A stretch of DNA of 64,000 nucleotides from Gammaproteobacteria bacterium (GCA_965277715.1 OZ255836.1:2912001-2976000), one strand, 5' to 3'. Positions 34,279 to 44,292 are shown, counted from the first letter of the stretch. Numbers and translations are program-made. The notes: generated by a model not told the origin, from the letters alone.

Positions 34279-35256
34279 ATGATTATGTCAGAAAACAGCT
34301 ATGAATCCGGGCGGCTGAACCTGCCCTTTGTCGGTCACTGCACCTTTGCCAAGGCACCGATTTGCACCGACTGGGATAATATCGACGCCGATGTAGCGAT
34401 TCTCGGTGTGCCCAACGATATGGGCACGCAGTGGCGATCAGGCGCACGGTTTGGGCCGCGTGGTGTACGCGAGGCATCGACGCTCTTCTCGTTTGGACAC
34501 GGTGGTGCCTATGATTTTGAAGACGACAAGCTCTATTTAACGCAAGATCAGGTACGCATTGTCGATGTGGGTGATGCTGATATCGTCCACACCGATATGG
34601 AAAAGAGCCACCGCAATACCTATGCCGCCGTGCGCAAAATACTCGAAGCCGGGGTGATGCCAATATCGATTGGTGGCGATCACTCGGTACATGCGCCGAT
34701 TATTGAGGCATTTGCCGATCGAGGGCCGATTCATATTCTGCATTTCGATGCGCACCTCGATTTTGTCGATGAGCGCCACGGGGTGCGCTACGGCCACGGC
34801 AACCCACTGCGGCGCGCCTCAGAGATGAACCATATTGTCGGTATGACGCAAATGGGTATCCGCAATGTCTCTTCGTCTAACCGCCAGGATTATGATGCAG
34901 CGCGTGCCGCTGGCTCGACGATTCTTTCGGTGCGCGATATACGGCGGCTCGGTGTGCAGGGCGTGGTTGATCAAATCCCCGATTGCGCGTCTTATTACAT
35001 CACGATTGATATCGATGGCTTCGACCCCTCTATTGCACCCGGCACCGGCACACCCAGCCACGGGGGATTTCAATACTACGAGGTGTTGGAGATTATTCAG
35101 GCAGTGGCAATACGCAACGGCGGCAATATTGTCGGCATCGACCTGGTTGAGATTGCACCACCTTACGACCCAACGGGTATTACCTCCATTTTGGGCGCGC
35201 AGTTGTTGATGAATGTCATTGGCTTTATTTTTCATGCGCGTGCCAATACGGGGTGA
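34279..35256 (+). CDS. Second ureohydrolase (agmatinase family)
   Basis: GARFGP, GGDHS, DAHLD, DIDGFDP. Confidence 0.88.
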   Translation: MIMSENSYESGRLNLPFVGHCTFAKAPICTDWDNIDADVAILGVPNDMGTQWRSGARFGPRGVREASTLFSFGHGGAYDFEDDKLYLTQDQVRIVDVGDADIVHTDMEKSHRNTYAAVRKILEAGVMPISIGGDHSVHAPIIEAFADRGPIHILHFDAHLDFVDERHGVRYGHGNPLRRASEMNHIVGMTQMGIRNVSSSNRQDYDAARAAGSTILSVRDIRRLGVQGVVDQIPDCASYYITIDIDGFDPSIAPGTGTPSHGGFQYYEVLEIIQAVAIRNGGNIVGIDLVEIAPPYDPTGITSILGAQLLMNVIGFIFHARANTG

Positions 35257-35304
35257 TCAAGCGAAAGCTGCGGCCCTAAGAGTCTGGCCAGGAGCCGTTC
35301 TCAA

Positions 35305-36228
35305 TCAGAGGCAAGAATGAATAAACCCCAGTATTTTTTGATACATCAACTGCACACCAGGGCTGGTTTCTATGGCCCGCAGGCACCCGTGCACCAAGCC
35401 TTTACCCAGGTGTAGAGTGGATTGTGTGCCCGCCGCCAGGAGTTTTTCCTGGTAGGCGTAGGCATCATCCCGCAGGGGGTCGTATTCCACCGGCAACAAC
35501 AGCGCAGGCGGTAGGTTGCCAAAGTCGCTGGCCAGCAAAGGGGTGTTATAGGGGCCTGGAGTACCACCTTCCCCCAGGTAGATCCTGTGATAGAAAGCCA
35601 CGTCACGGGTGCTCAGCATGGGGGCGTTGGCACACTCGGTGTAGGCGGGCAGTGTCAGTGCATGGGTCACCGCCGGGTAAACCATAATCTGCCCCAGCAG
35701 TGGCAGGCCACCCCCGTCCCGGTTGGCGAGCGCGACTGCCGCCGCTAAATTGCCCCCGGCACTGTCGCCACACAGGATTATTTTACGGGCATCGATAGCG
35801 TACTCCTCTGGCGTGCCTTGCAGGGCGTGCACAACCCCAAAACAGTCGTCAAAAGCCGCCGGGAAAACATGCTCCGGGGCCAGCCGGTAATCGACCGAGA
35901 CCACCTTGCAAGCCGTATCGTGGGCCAGCTTTGCACAGATAAAATCGTGGCTGTCCAGCCCGCCAACGACAAAACCACCCCCGTGAAAATAGACAAGGCA
36001 CGGCGCATTGCTGCGCTGCCGCCGCCAATACCAGCGCACGGGTACGCTGTGGTTGGGGGTGTCGATCACCGCATCGTAGCAGTGCAGGCCACTGGGCGGC
36101 GCCGGGGTAAAGTGTGCGCAAACCTGATCGTAGATGGCGCGCTGGTCTTCAATGCGGGCCGCGACGCTGGTGGTGTACAAGGATTCACTGCGTGCGATAA
36201 AGGTTTTTATTTCAGGTTCCAGGTGCAT
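35305..36228 (-). CDS. HSL-family alpha/beta hydrolase (esterase)
   Basis: HGGGF, GDSAGG, DPLRD, HG. Confidence 0.92.
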   Translation of the reverse strand: MHLEPEIKTFIARSESLYTTSVAARIEDQRAIYDQVCAHFTPAPPSGLHCYDAVIDTPNHSVPVRWYWRRQRSNAPCLVYFHGGGFVVGGLDSHDFICAKLAHDTACKVVSVDYRLAPEHVFPAAFDDCFGVVHALQGTPEEYAIDARKIILCGDSAGGNLAAAVALANRDGGGLPLLGQIMVYPAVTHALTLPAYTECANAPMLSTRDVAFYHRIYLGEGGTPGPYNTPLLASDFGNLPPALLLPVEYDPLRDDAYAYQEKLLAAGTQSTLHLGKGLVHGCLRAIETSPGVQLMYQKILGFIHSCL

Positions 36229-36260
36229 TGCCCTACGTCCTCATCGAGTTATCTTTATTT

Positions 36261-36439
36261 ATCCTAAATTCCTCAGTTGAATCTACTGCGACCACCTAAT
36301 GCACTGAATCTAAAGCGCTTTTACCAGCATTTCAGCTTCACCTGTAGAATCACTACAGGATGGCTAAAATTCTGGTAAAAACACTTCATCTTCAGCACCT
36401 TAGACGCCCTCGCTACGATTCAACTGCGGAATTTAGGTT
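36261..36439 (-). mobile_element. MITE family A, full copy in opposite orientation; overlaps the torS 3' end
   Basis: Reverse complement of 16335-16513 with few substitutions. Confidence 0.85.
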
Positions 36440-39400
36440 TATATTTTGCTATGTGTGCTTTTAGCGCCGCCACTGCCTGGGTGTAGTTGTCTTGCAGTTG
36501 CTGGCAGTGCACGTCAGGGATGGACACTTGTCGTTTGGCCTGAGCCTCTATTGTGGTCAGCAGTGCACACAATTGTTGCAGGCCAAAGTTCCCCGCCGCG
36601 CCGCGCAGTTTGTGCGCCGCTTTTTCAATGGTCACCGGTACTTGCAGTTCAATCGCTTTCAGTAATACAGCATATTGTGCGCCACCGCTGCGGTGAAAAA
36701 CATCCAGCATTGCCTCGACACGCTCCAGGCCCAGTTTATGAATATCCTCATCGATAACCGATGCATCAAAAATGGGGGCATTTTCCGCCTGTATCTGTGC
36801 GTTGACCTGAATGTTGGCCTGTGAGTTGGCCTGGGTGCCAACCAGGCTATTGGTACAGCCATTACGGTTAACCGCTCTAATGGCACTGTCGAGGTCTTCC
36901 ATCGAAAAGGGCTTGCCCAGGAAACCATTCATTCCCGCGCTCAGATACTGGTCGACTTCTTCTGTAAATACATGCGCAGACATGGCAATAACCGGGGTTG
37001 AGGCGAGCACTTTGTCGGTGTGCGTACGCAGCCGCCTGAGAATTGTCAGGCCGTCAATACCGGGCAGGCTGATGTCGAGCAGTACCAGTGATGGGTACGC
37101 CGGGCCCAATGGCGCCGAATCCAATAACGACAGGGCCTGTTCGCCTGTTTGTGCCGCGATAACCCGGTGCCCCAGCTTTTGCAGGTAATTGTTGGTTACC
37201 ATACGGTTGGCATCGTCATCCTCGACCATAAGTACATCGATACCCGCCTTGTGGTGGCCAGGGGTATCAGAAAACGCCTCAATATCAATGCCAGGTCGTT
37301 TGCTACCAGGTCGCCCGGTGCCAGATCGTTCAGTGTCAGGCTGTAATGAGCACGGCTGTAAAGGCACATCGAAACCGATGCGCGTACCCCCACCCAGTTG
37401 GCTCTCCAGGTGCATGCTCCCGCCCATGGCCGCTACCAGCCGGTCACAAATGGCCAGGCCCAGGCCAATACCACCGTATTGACGCGCACTGGAGGTATCC
37501 ACCTGGGTAAACGCCTGAAAGATTTCGGTGTGTTTGTCTGCGCCAATGCCAATGCCGGTGTCTTCGACGACAAAACGCAGAGCCAGAGCATCGATAGCAT
37601 TGACAACATCGCTATCACCCGCACAGACGCGCAGGGCAATCGCCCCTTTTTCGGTAAATTTATTGGCGTTGCCAATCAGGTTGAGCAATACCTGGTGCAG
37701 CTTGCCGGCATCACCCAGCCATTGCTGAGGTAACGCCGCATCGATGTGCAGGGCCAGTTTATTGCCATTCTCACTGACGGGTACGCGCATTAAATCGACT
37801 ACGTTGTTCAATAACACTGTCAGTTGAAATTCACGTGCGTCAATTTTCAGTTTGCCCGCCTCCAACTGCGAGTAGCCGAGTATGTCGTTAACAATATCCA
37901 GCAGTGTGGTATTGGCTGTATCGATGGTGCGCAGGTAGTCGAGCTGTTGTGCCTGCAACGGGGTGTCTGCGAGCAGGCGCACGCTGCCGAGCGCACCACT
38001 TAGGGGGGTGCGCAGTTCGTGGCTCACGGTGGCTAAAAAGGTCGTCTTGGCCTGGTTTGCCTGCTCGGCTTTTTCGCGGGCAATGGCGTGGTTTTGCACG
38101 GCTTCTGAGAGTTTTTCGTTGGTTTTGCGCAATTGTTCGGTGCGCTCCCCCACCAGCTCTTCGAGGTGTGCCTTGTGCCGCTGCAGCTCTTCATCGACAC
38201 GGCGCTTTTCAATGGCGTTGTTGCGAAAGCCCCGCAGCGCCTGCCCCATATTGGCTAGCTCGTCGCGGCCCTCGTCGATAATTTCAACGGCGTAATTGCC
38301 CGCAGCGATATTGCGGGTTGCCGATTCCAACAAGAGCAAACGGCGGATAACGTTGCGCTTTACAAAGCCCCATAAAATGACGGCGGCGACCAGTAGTGAA
38401 AAAGCTGAAATCCAGTTGAACAGGCTGCGACTGGTATCCAGCGATTGTTTGGCGGTGGTGGAGACGCGGTTAATCAGGGTGCCACCGGCGGTGTTTAGTT
38501 GTTTGACGATGCCGTTGAGCCGCTGCGAGGCCTCGCCGGTTTCAAGCGCCAGTCTGGTCAGTGACTGGTTGATCTCCAACAGCGATACGCGGGTTTCAAA
38601 AATGCCGTAGACGTAGAGCGGGCCATTGTCGACCTCCATCGCATTGAGCAGTTGGTTGGCTTTTTCCCGCCGCTGGGGGTCATTAATTTCACTGACCCGA
38701 CGCTTGAGGATGGTAAGCGTTTCTGCGGTGCGTTGGCGCAATGTGCCGAGCACGGTGATATCAGACTCTTTACCCACCCGGTTAAACAGGCCACGCAAAT
38801 TGGCGCTGCGCAGGCGCAGCTCGTACATACGCTCCATCGCGTCGATATCCACTTCCACCAGGCGGTCAAAAACCTGATACAGCGCCTGCTGGCTGGCGTT
38901 GTTCTCGACCAGGTCATAGAGGTTTGAGGTAATCGCGGTGGTCGTGGCGGCGGCGTTGGCAACCAGTGAGTCGGCCAGCTCGTTTAGCTCGGCGGTGGCG
39001 GCCACCAGTTTGGCCGATAGGCCGGTGAAGTGTTTGTGCTGCTGATTGCGCTGGCGCACCTGTTCGTTTTGCTGGTGCAGTTTGCCGGTGATTTCCTGCA
39101 CGGTATCGCGCAGGGTTTGCAGGAAGGGCTCCTGTCGGGACTCGTTGAGCAGTGTGTTTAAAGCCTCGACATGGGCAAACAATACCGCGCTGATTGCCTG
39201 GCGCTCGGTCTCGTCGCTGGCGCGCACCAATTGCTGGGCGGCGGCACCAATTGATGCGTTTAGCTCAGAGAGGCTATGCGCCCGCCGCAGGTCTGGAATC
39301 GCCTGGTCGATCACCGAATTTTGCGAATCAGAAATACGCTGGAAACCCTGCCAGCCCACCACTACCGACACCGCTGACAGTAAAAATATACTGCCAAAAG

Positions 39401-39440
39401 CGAGGTACAGCTTGGTGGCGATGCCCGGTTTGTTCATCAC
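36420..39440 (-). CDS. torS: TMAO sensor hybrid histidine kinase TorS
   Basis: Periplasmic helical bundle (DRLVEVDID..ERMYELR), HAMP, HELRTP, receiver and Hpt (AHKLRG) domains; divergent from torT. Confidence 0.85.
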   Translation of the reverse strand: MMNKPGIATKLYLAFGSIFLLSAVSVVVGWQGFQRISDSQNSVIDQAIPDLRRAHSLSELNASIGAAAQQLVRASDETERQAISAVLFAHVEALNTLLNESRQEPFLQTLRDTVQEITGKLHQQNEQVRQRNQQHKHFTGLSAKLVAATAELNELADSLVANAAATTTAITSNLYDLVENNASQQALYQVFDRLVEVDIDAMERMYELRLRSANLRGLFNRVGKESDITVLGTLRQRTAETLTILKRRVSEINDPQRREKANQLLNAMEVDNGPLYVYGIFETRVSLLEINQSLTRLALETGEASQRLNGIVKQLNTAGGTLINRVSTTAKQSLDTSRSLFNWISAFSLLVAAVILWGFVKRNVIRRLLLLESATRNIAAGNYAVEIIDEGRDELANMGQALRGFRNNAIEKRRVDEELQRHKAHLEELVGERTEQLRKTNEKLSEAVQNHAIAREKAEQANQAKTTFLATVSHELRTPLSGALGSVRLLADTPLQAQQLDYLRTIDTANTTLLDIVNDILGYSQLEAGKLKIDAREFQLTVLLNNVVDLMRVPVSENGNKLALHIDAALPQQWLGDAGKLHQVLLNLIGNANKFTEKGAIALRVCAGDSDVVNAIDALALRFVVEDTGIGIGADKHTEIFQAFTQVDTSSARQYGGIGLGLAICDRLVAAMGGSMHLESQLGGGTRIGFDVPLQPCSLQPDTERSGTGRPGSKRPGIDIEAFSDTPGHHKAGIDVLMVEDDDANRMVTNNYLQKLGHRVIAAQTGEQALSLLDSAPLGPAYPSLVLLDISLPGIDGLTILRRLRTHTDKVLASTPVIAMSAHVFTEEVDQYLSAGMNGFLGKPFSMEDLDSAIRAVNRNGCTNSLVGTQANSQANIQVNAQIQAENAPIFDASVIDEDIHKLGLERVEAMLDVFHRSGGAQYAVLLKAIELQVPVTIEKAAHKLRGAAGNFGLQQLCALLTTIEAQAKRQVSIPDVHCQQLQDNYTQAVAALKAHIAKYKPKFRS

Positions 39441-39512
39441 ATCAGGCTGCCCTTTGCAGTGGCAAAACGCAAGCGTAGAATGGTTTGTTAATCACCTGCG
39501 GAATGTAGCCTC

Positions 39513-40595
39513 TTGATCCATGTTGTTCAAATCCGATTGCCCGGTGCTTTATTGTGTGCCACCCTGTTGATAGCCGCATGGGCACACGCCCCGTCGATAC
39601 ACGCGCAAACCTGGCGCCTGGAAACCTGGTCGATCCCTTTTGATTACACCAGCACCAGCCGTGTGATCAACTATCAGCCCGCCCGGGCCGCCAGTCGCCA
39701 CTGGCATTTGTGCATCGCCTACCCTCATCTCAAAGACTCGTATTGGCTAAACGTCAATTACGGCATGGTGGAAGAGGCGCGGCGACTCGGTATTGAATTT
39801 ACCCTGGTAGAGGCAGGTGGATACCCAAACCTCGAACGCCAGCGCCAACAGATTGAACACTGCGCACAAACGGGCGCCGATGCGCTGATCGTTGGGACGG
39901 TATCGTTTCACGGCCTGAGTGAATCGATTGCCCGCATTGCAGAAAACATGCCTGTGCTCGCCACGGTCAATGACATTGAGGATACCGGCATCACGGCAAA
40001 ATCCGGTGTGTCCTGGGCGACAATGGGGCGTAACGCGGGGGCGTATCTCGCTGCACGGCACCCGGCGGGTAGCCCGCCTGTCAGCGTCGCCTGGTTTCCC
40101 GGCCCCCAGGGTGCGGGCTGGGTGACGTTTATCGAAGCGGGTTTTCAGCAGGGCCTGGCCAATAGCGCGGTGGAAATCGTCGTCACCAAATGGGGGGATA
40201 CCGGTAAGGAGATCCAGCGCACACTGGTACAGGAGGTATTGGAAAGCCATCCACAGGTGGATTATATCGTTGGCAATGCACTGATGGCGGAGGCGGCGAT
40301 CAGCACGCTGCGCAACCGACAGTTGGATAGTGATATTCAGATCATCTCGACCTATTTTACCCCGGCGGTATACCGGGGAATCCGCCGGGGGCGCATCCTG
40401 GCGGCGCCTACCGACGCACCCGTGGTGCAGGGTCGGCTGTCGATTAATCAGGCGGTGAGGGTGCTCGAAGGGCGTGAGTATATTCAACACGCCGGGCCAG
40501 AAATTCGCATGATCGATCAGAACAACTGGCAGAAAATCGATATTGCCGACTCGTTGGCACCGCCATCATTTTTGCCTGCCTTTGTCTGGCCTTGA
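39513..40595 (+). CDS. torT: TMAO-binding periplasmic protein TorT
   Basis: YPHLKDSYWL.VNYGM, EAGGY, QGRLSINQAV. Confidence 0.88.
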   Translation: MIHVVQIRLPGALLCATLLIAAWAHAPSIHAQTWRLETWSIPFDYTSTSRVINYQPARAASRHWHLCIAYPHLKDSYWLNVNYGMVEEARRLGIEFTLVEAGGYPNLERQRQQIEHCAQTGADALIVGTVSFHGLSESIARIAENMPVLATVNDIEDTGITAKSGVSWATMGRNAGAYLAARHPAGSPPVSVAWFPGPQGAGWVTFIEAGFQQGLANSAVEIVVTKWGDTGKEIQRTLVQEVLESHPQVDYIVGNALMAEAAISTLRNRQLDSDIQIISTYFTPAVYRGIRRGRILAAPTDAPVVQGRLSINQAVRVLEGREYIQHAGPEIRMIDQNNWQKIDIADSLAPPSFLPAFVWP

Positions 40596-40607
40596 ATATT
40601 CCTGAGT

Positions 40608-41714
40608 CTACTCTTTGCTGATTACCATATAAGCGTGCACGTATCCCATGCCATGCTCACTGGGGTTTTCCAGCACACGGGCTTTATACGTGTTGTAGTA
40701 ATCTTCAATTAGTGCCTTGCGCGCCGCCAGTGGCCGATCCGTTGAGAGGGCGGCAAAATACGTACTCTCATTCCAGGTGCGAATGGTGGGAATATAATCA
40801 CTGGCGAATTTCCCGGCATCGCCGTGCCGCTTAAAATCTTCGGCAAACGGGCAGGGCACGACGCGGGTTTCGATATGCTCCAACCGCAGGCCCGCCTGAT
40901 AAACCGGGCTGTTGGTATCTATCAGCGGGGCAGAAAACTCTTCGACTGAGTTGTAGTACTGCGGCAGTGTCATCGCCGTGTATTCGCTTTGATCGATACG
41001 CCCCTGATCCAAAAACTGCTGCCAGATTGCCTTAAAGGTATCAAACATATTGACCCCGCCGGTATTGCCCAGGTAGCGCCCCTGTTCATCGATGCCAAAG
41101 TTAATCAACACCAGGCGGCCACCCGGTGCCAACTCAGCGGCGCGGCACAGCAGGATCTGTTGCCAGTCTTTTTTGGCTTGTGCGCGAAACGCATCCAACT
41201 CATCACCGCTGGCACCCACCATATGCACATGGTCTGAAATATCACAGGGTTTGGCACTCAGCCAATGCATGGCCGTTGCTGAAAACCCGACATTGAGCGC
41301 GGCATAAGGCACTATCTGCCGGTAAAACGATGTGCCCGATACCAGGGGAAAGACATTCCCGAAGCGTTCGAGGTAGCTATCAAATGGCCCCAGGCCGTGT
41401 ACATTGGTTACCAACGCGTTGAAATCATTGCGTGGTTGATCGGTGTAGACAACCGATACCGGTACATTAATAACGCGTTCGCGGGCGGCGGCGATAGCCG
41501 CCTCTACCATACTCAACGAAGTACCGCCGTCTGCACACCCCATATCAGAGAGGGTAAAGCCATTTTTTATACTGGCGATGGGAATCGAGTTAATCGCATC
41601 GACCACCAGAGGTGTCGCCATATCGATAACATCTTTCGCGCCTTTGGTCGCGAGAGAATAGACACCACCACCACTCATGGTGATGGATTCGGCTTGTGCA
41701 GATTTTTTTGTCAC
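40608..41714 (-). CDS. SABATH-type SAM-dependent carboxyl/N-methyltransferase
   Basis: MSGGG.YS, DMGCADG, DQPRNDFN, SFY, AMHWLS, RAAELAPGGR motifs. Confidence 0.85.
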   Translation of the reverse strand: MTKKSAQAESITMSGGGVYSLATKGAKDVIDMATPLVVDAINSIPIASIKNGFTLSDMGCADGGTSLSMVEAAIAAARERVINVPVSVVYTDQPRNDFNALVTNVHGLGPFDSYLERFGNVFPLVSGTSFYRQIVPYAALNVGFSATAMHWLSAKPCDISDHVHMVGASGDELDAFRAQAKKDWQQILLCRAAELAPGGRLVLINFGIDEQGRYLGNTGGVNMFDTFKAIWQQFLDQGRIDQSEYTAMTLPQYYNSVEEFSAPLIDTNSPVYQAGLRLEHIETRVVPCPFAEDFKRHGDAGKFASDYIPTIRTWNESTYFAALSTDRPLAARKALIEDYYNTYKARVLENPSEHGMGYVHAYMVISKE

Positions 41715-42097
41715 GGTGGTTTCCCCTTGCAGGTTTGATCGATAAACAATAACCCAACAGTCTGGATTCGGGACGCAGTATAGCTATTTTTAGTGAGCAG
41801 GGATGGGCAGGCAGGCGTATGTATTGTGTGGGTCAGGTATCCTCAGGCGTTGTTGAATCCTTGTCTTTTTGCGCTTCATCCGTTTTCCAGCATTCCACCT
41901 CTCTACTGAGGCAATTAATCGCGCCCTGCAAAAATGGATAATATTGATAGAATTCGGTGAGATCGTGACCAAATAAACAGGCACTACTCTCACGGGACAA
42001 TTTTTCCGGCTTTGGTTTTTTCATAAAATTGCTCCTTATTCAGAACCACATTTACACAAATAACCATCAGAATCAAGCGCTTTTAGCGGAACGCCAC

Positions 42098-42307
42098 ATG
42101 AACCTGGTAGGCCCCAAAATCAAGCATATTCGCACATCACAAAACATTACTCAGGCACAACTGGCAGGACGGTGCAATGTACATAGCTGGGATATCAGCC
42201 GTGGCACCCTGGCGAAAATCGAATCCCAGGTGAGAAGAGTGACAGACCTGGAAGCGGCATTAATAGCAAAAGTGCTCAAAGTGGATATTGCAGAACTGTT
42301 TATGTAG
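42098..42307 (+). CDS. XRE-family HTH regulator
   Basis: ITQAQLAG..ISRGTLAKIESQ. Confidence 0.85.
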   Translation: MNLVGPKIKHIRTSQNITQAQLAGRCNVHSWDISRGTLAKIESQVRRVTDLEAALIAKVLKVDIAELFM

Positions 42308-42412
42308 TGGAGAATTAGTACACTGTCTACCTTAATAAGGATGTCGGAAAACGACAACACTGACTGGTACGCCATCTACCAACTCAGTAAAGCCTACGCC
42401 AATATCACATTA

Positions 42413-42497
42413 AACCTAAATTCCGCAGTTGAATCTACTGCGACCACCTAATGCGCTGAAGGCGCCCTCGCTACGATTCAACGGCGGAATTTAGGTT
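42413..42497 (-). mobile_element. MITE family A, internally deleted copy with both termini
   Basis: aacctaaattccgcagttg...caacggcggaatttaggtt. Confidence 0.8.
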
Positions 42498-42605
42498 AAA
42501 AGCTTTTGCATTAGCGCTTCAGCTCTCTCCGTGCCGACCGATAAAAGGGAAACAGGTCGGTACACACGCCCGACCAAACACAACTGTGGTTACTGGTCAC
42601 TCATT

Positions 42606-43847
42606 ATGCAAGCGACAAACAGTCAACATTTATTCCTACACTCAGAGCAGTTGCTGCCTATTAAAGACCTCTCTGATGCCAATCGCACACTCCTGTGTAA
42701 GTCGGCCAGCATGACGTTGATCCCGGCAAACCATCGCCTGAGTGCCAATGAAGAACACCATTGGCTCACTTATCTTCTGGAGGGCCGGATGGCGATTATG
42801 GAGGGAAAGTCGCAAAAATCTGTGCTGACCGATAACAGCCGGTTGGCGAAAAACCCCATCTTTGCCAACGCCGCCAACCACCAATGGGCCGTGGCAACCA
42901 CACCCTCTACCGTGATGCGCTTCGACCGCGAGCAAATCGAGTTGCTGTTGATAAAGCAACAACAGGAATCGACAACCCTTATTGAGGTCAGTACCACTGA
43001 CGCCGATAACAAAGTATTCGACGCCATTTACACGGCCTTCCAGCAGAAAAAACTGTCTGTACCGAGCCTGCCGGATGTCGCTCTGAAAGTGCGCGATGCA
43101 ATCAAAAAGGCCGATGCAGGGGCCGATGAAGTGGCGCGTATTATCCAGGTTGACCCCGTACTGACCGGGCGCATCATCAAAATTGCCAACAGTCCGGTAT
43201 CACGCGGTACTGAAAAAGTGCAGAACCTGAAGATGGCTATTATGCGCCTGGGTTTTGAGGCAACGCGCAGCCTGGCCTTTACTCTGGCGATAAAACAGTT
43301 ATTTCGCGGCAATAATAAAGCCATCGTCACTTGTATGATGCAGCTATTCAATCACAGCAGTTATATTGCGGCGCTGAGCTATGTGCTGACGCGTAAAACC
43401 TGCCCCCTCAATCCAGAGCGGGCGCAATTGGGTGGCTTGGTACACAATCTGGGCGCCATTCCCATTTTGTACTATGCCGATCAATACCCCGAGCTGTTCA
43501 CTTCCACTGCACAGCTAAATGCTACTGTGATAAACCTTGGACCGATTGTCGGCGAGTGGTTATTGACCGAGTGGGAATTTGACCGGGAATTGTGTGAAAT
43601 TGCGCAGTCGTGCCGCGATTGGTATCGCAACAACGATGCGGAAATTGATTATGTGGACATTGTGATTGCCTCATTGCTGCACCACAATACGCACGATAAA
43701 CGGGTGATCGATGATCAAATACCCGCGCTGGAAAACGTTGCCGTCGGTAGAAAGTTGATGGATCTGGGAGTGGATTTATCCGATACCGATAACTTCTTTG
43801 ATGAGGCAAAAGATGAAATCACCCTGGTTAAGGGGTTGATTGATTAA
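42606..43847 (+). CDS. HDOD-domain protein with N-terminal cNMP-binding-like domain
   Basis: PSLPDVAL, DPVLTGRIIKIANS, GLVHNLG. Confidence 0.88.
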   Translation: MQATNSQHLFLHSEQLLPIKDLSDANRTLLCKSASMTLIPANHRLSANEEHHWLTYLLEGRMAIMEGKSQKSVLTDNSRLAKNPIFANAANHQWAVATTPSTVMRFDREQIELLLIKQQQESTTLIEVSTTDADNKVFDAIYTAFQQKKLSVPSLPDVALKVRDAIKKADAGADEVARIIQVDPVLTGRIIKIANSPVSRGTEKVQNLKMAIMRLGFEATRSLAFTLAIKQLFRGNNKAIVTCMMQLFNHSSYIAALSYVLTRKTCPLNPERAQLGGLVHNLGAIPILYYADQYPELFTSTAQLNATVINLGPIVGEWLLTEWEFDRELCEIAQSCRDWYRNNDAEIDYVDIVIASLLHHNTHDKRVIDDQIPALENVAVGRKLMDLGVDLSDTDNFFDEAKDEITLVKGLID

Positions 43848-43853
43848 AAACCT

Positions 43854-43915
43854 GGGCGGTGTTCTCAATCACCATGAACAGACCGATTGTGGGTCAGGTA
43901 ATTGAGAACACGCCC
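43854..43915. repeat. Short palindromic element
   Basis: gggcggtgttctcaat...attgagaacacgccc; partial matches at ~21627 and ~41827. Confidence 0.55.
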
Positions 43916-44253
43916 TAAGCCAACGCACTCAATAACTGCCCCGGGGTGCTTACCGTGGCGGGTGAAATGGTTTGGTGTAACTGATACGCGAGAATGGCAT
44001 CACTCGCCCGATAAGCACGCCCTTCAAAGATGGCACCGCGTACACGCAAGCTGCCCGTTCGCCGCCTATCATGATCGACAATCTCCCCTTGCAAGGTGTC
44101 AGCTTGTTGCGCTGGAAGAGGGGGTATAAGGTTTTTTTTGGGAACGCCATTGCGCAGCCGGGGCGTGCGTACAACACCGGGGGCGCGTCGCCCGGTCGAT
44201 GTGAGTGCCAGTGCCTGTGTATAACGCGGTGTTAGGGTCGAAACTACGTTCAT
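43915..44253 (-). CDS. Hypothetical protein
   Basis: ORF downstream of ubiB; no recognised motif. Confidence 0.45.
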   Translation of the reverse strand: MNVVSTLTPRYTQALALTSTGRRAPGVVRTPRLRNGVPKKNLIPPLPAQQADTLQGEIVDHDRRRTGSLRVRGAIFEGRAYRASDAILAYQLHQTISPATVSTPGQLLSALA

Positions 44254-44292
44254 CGCACGGATTGATCGTCACTGCGTGGGCGAGCGGGCATT

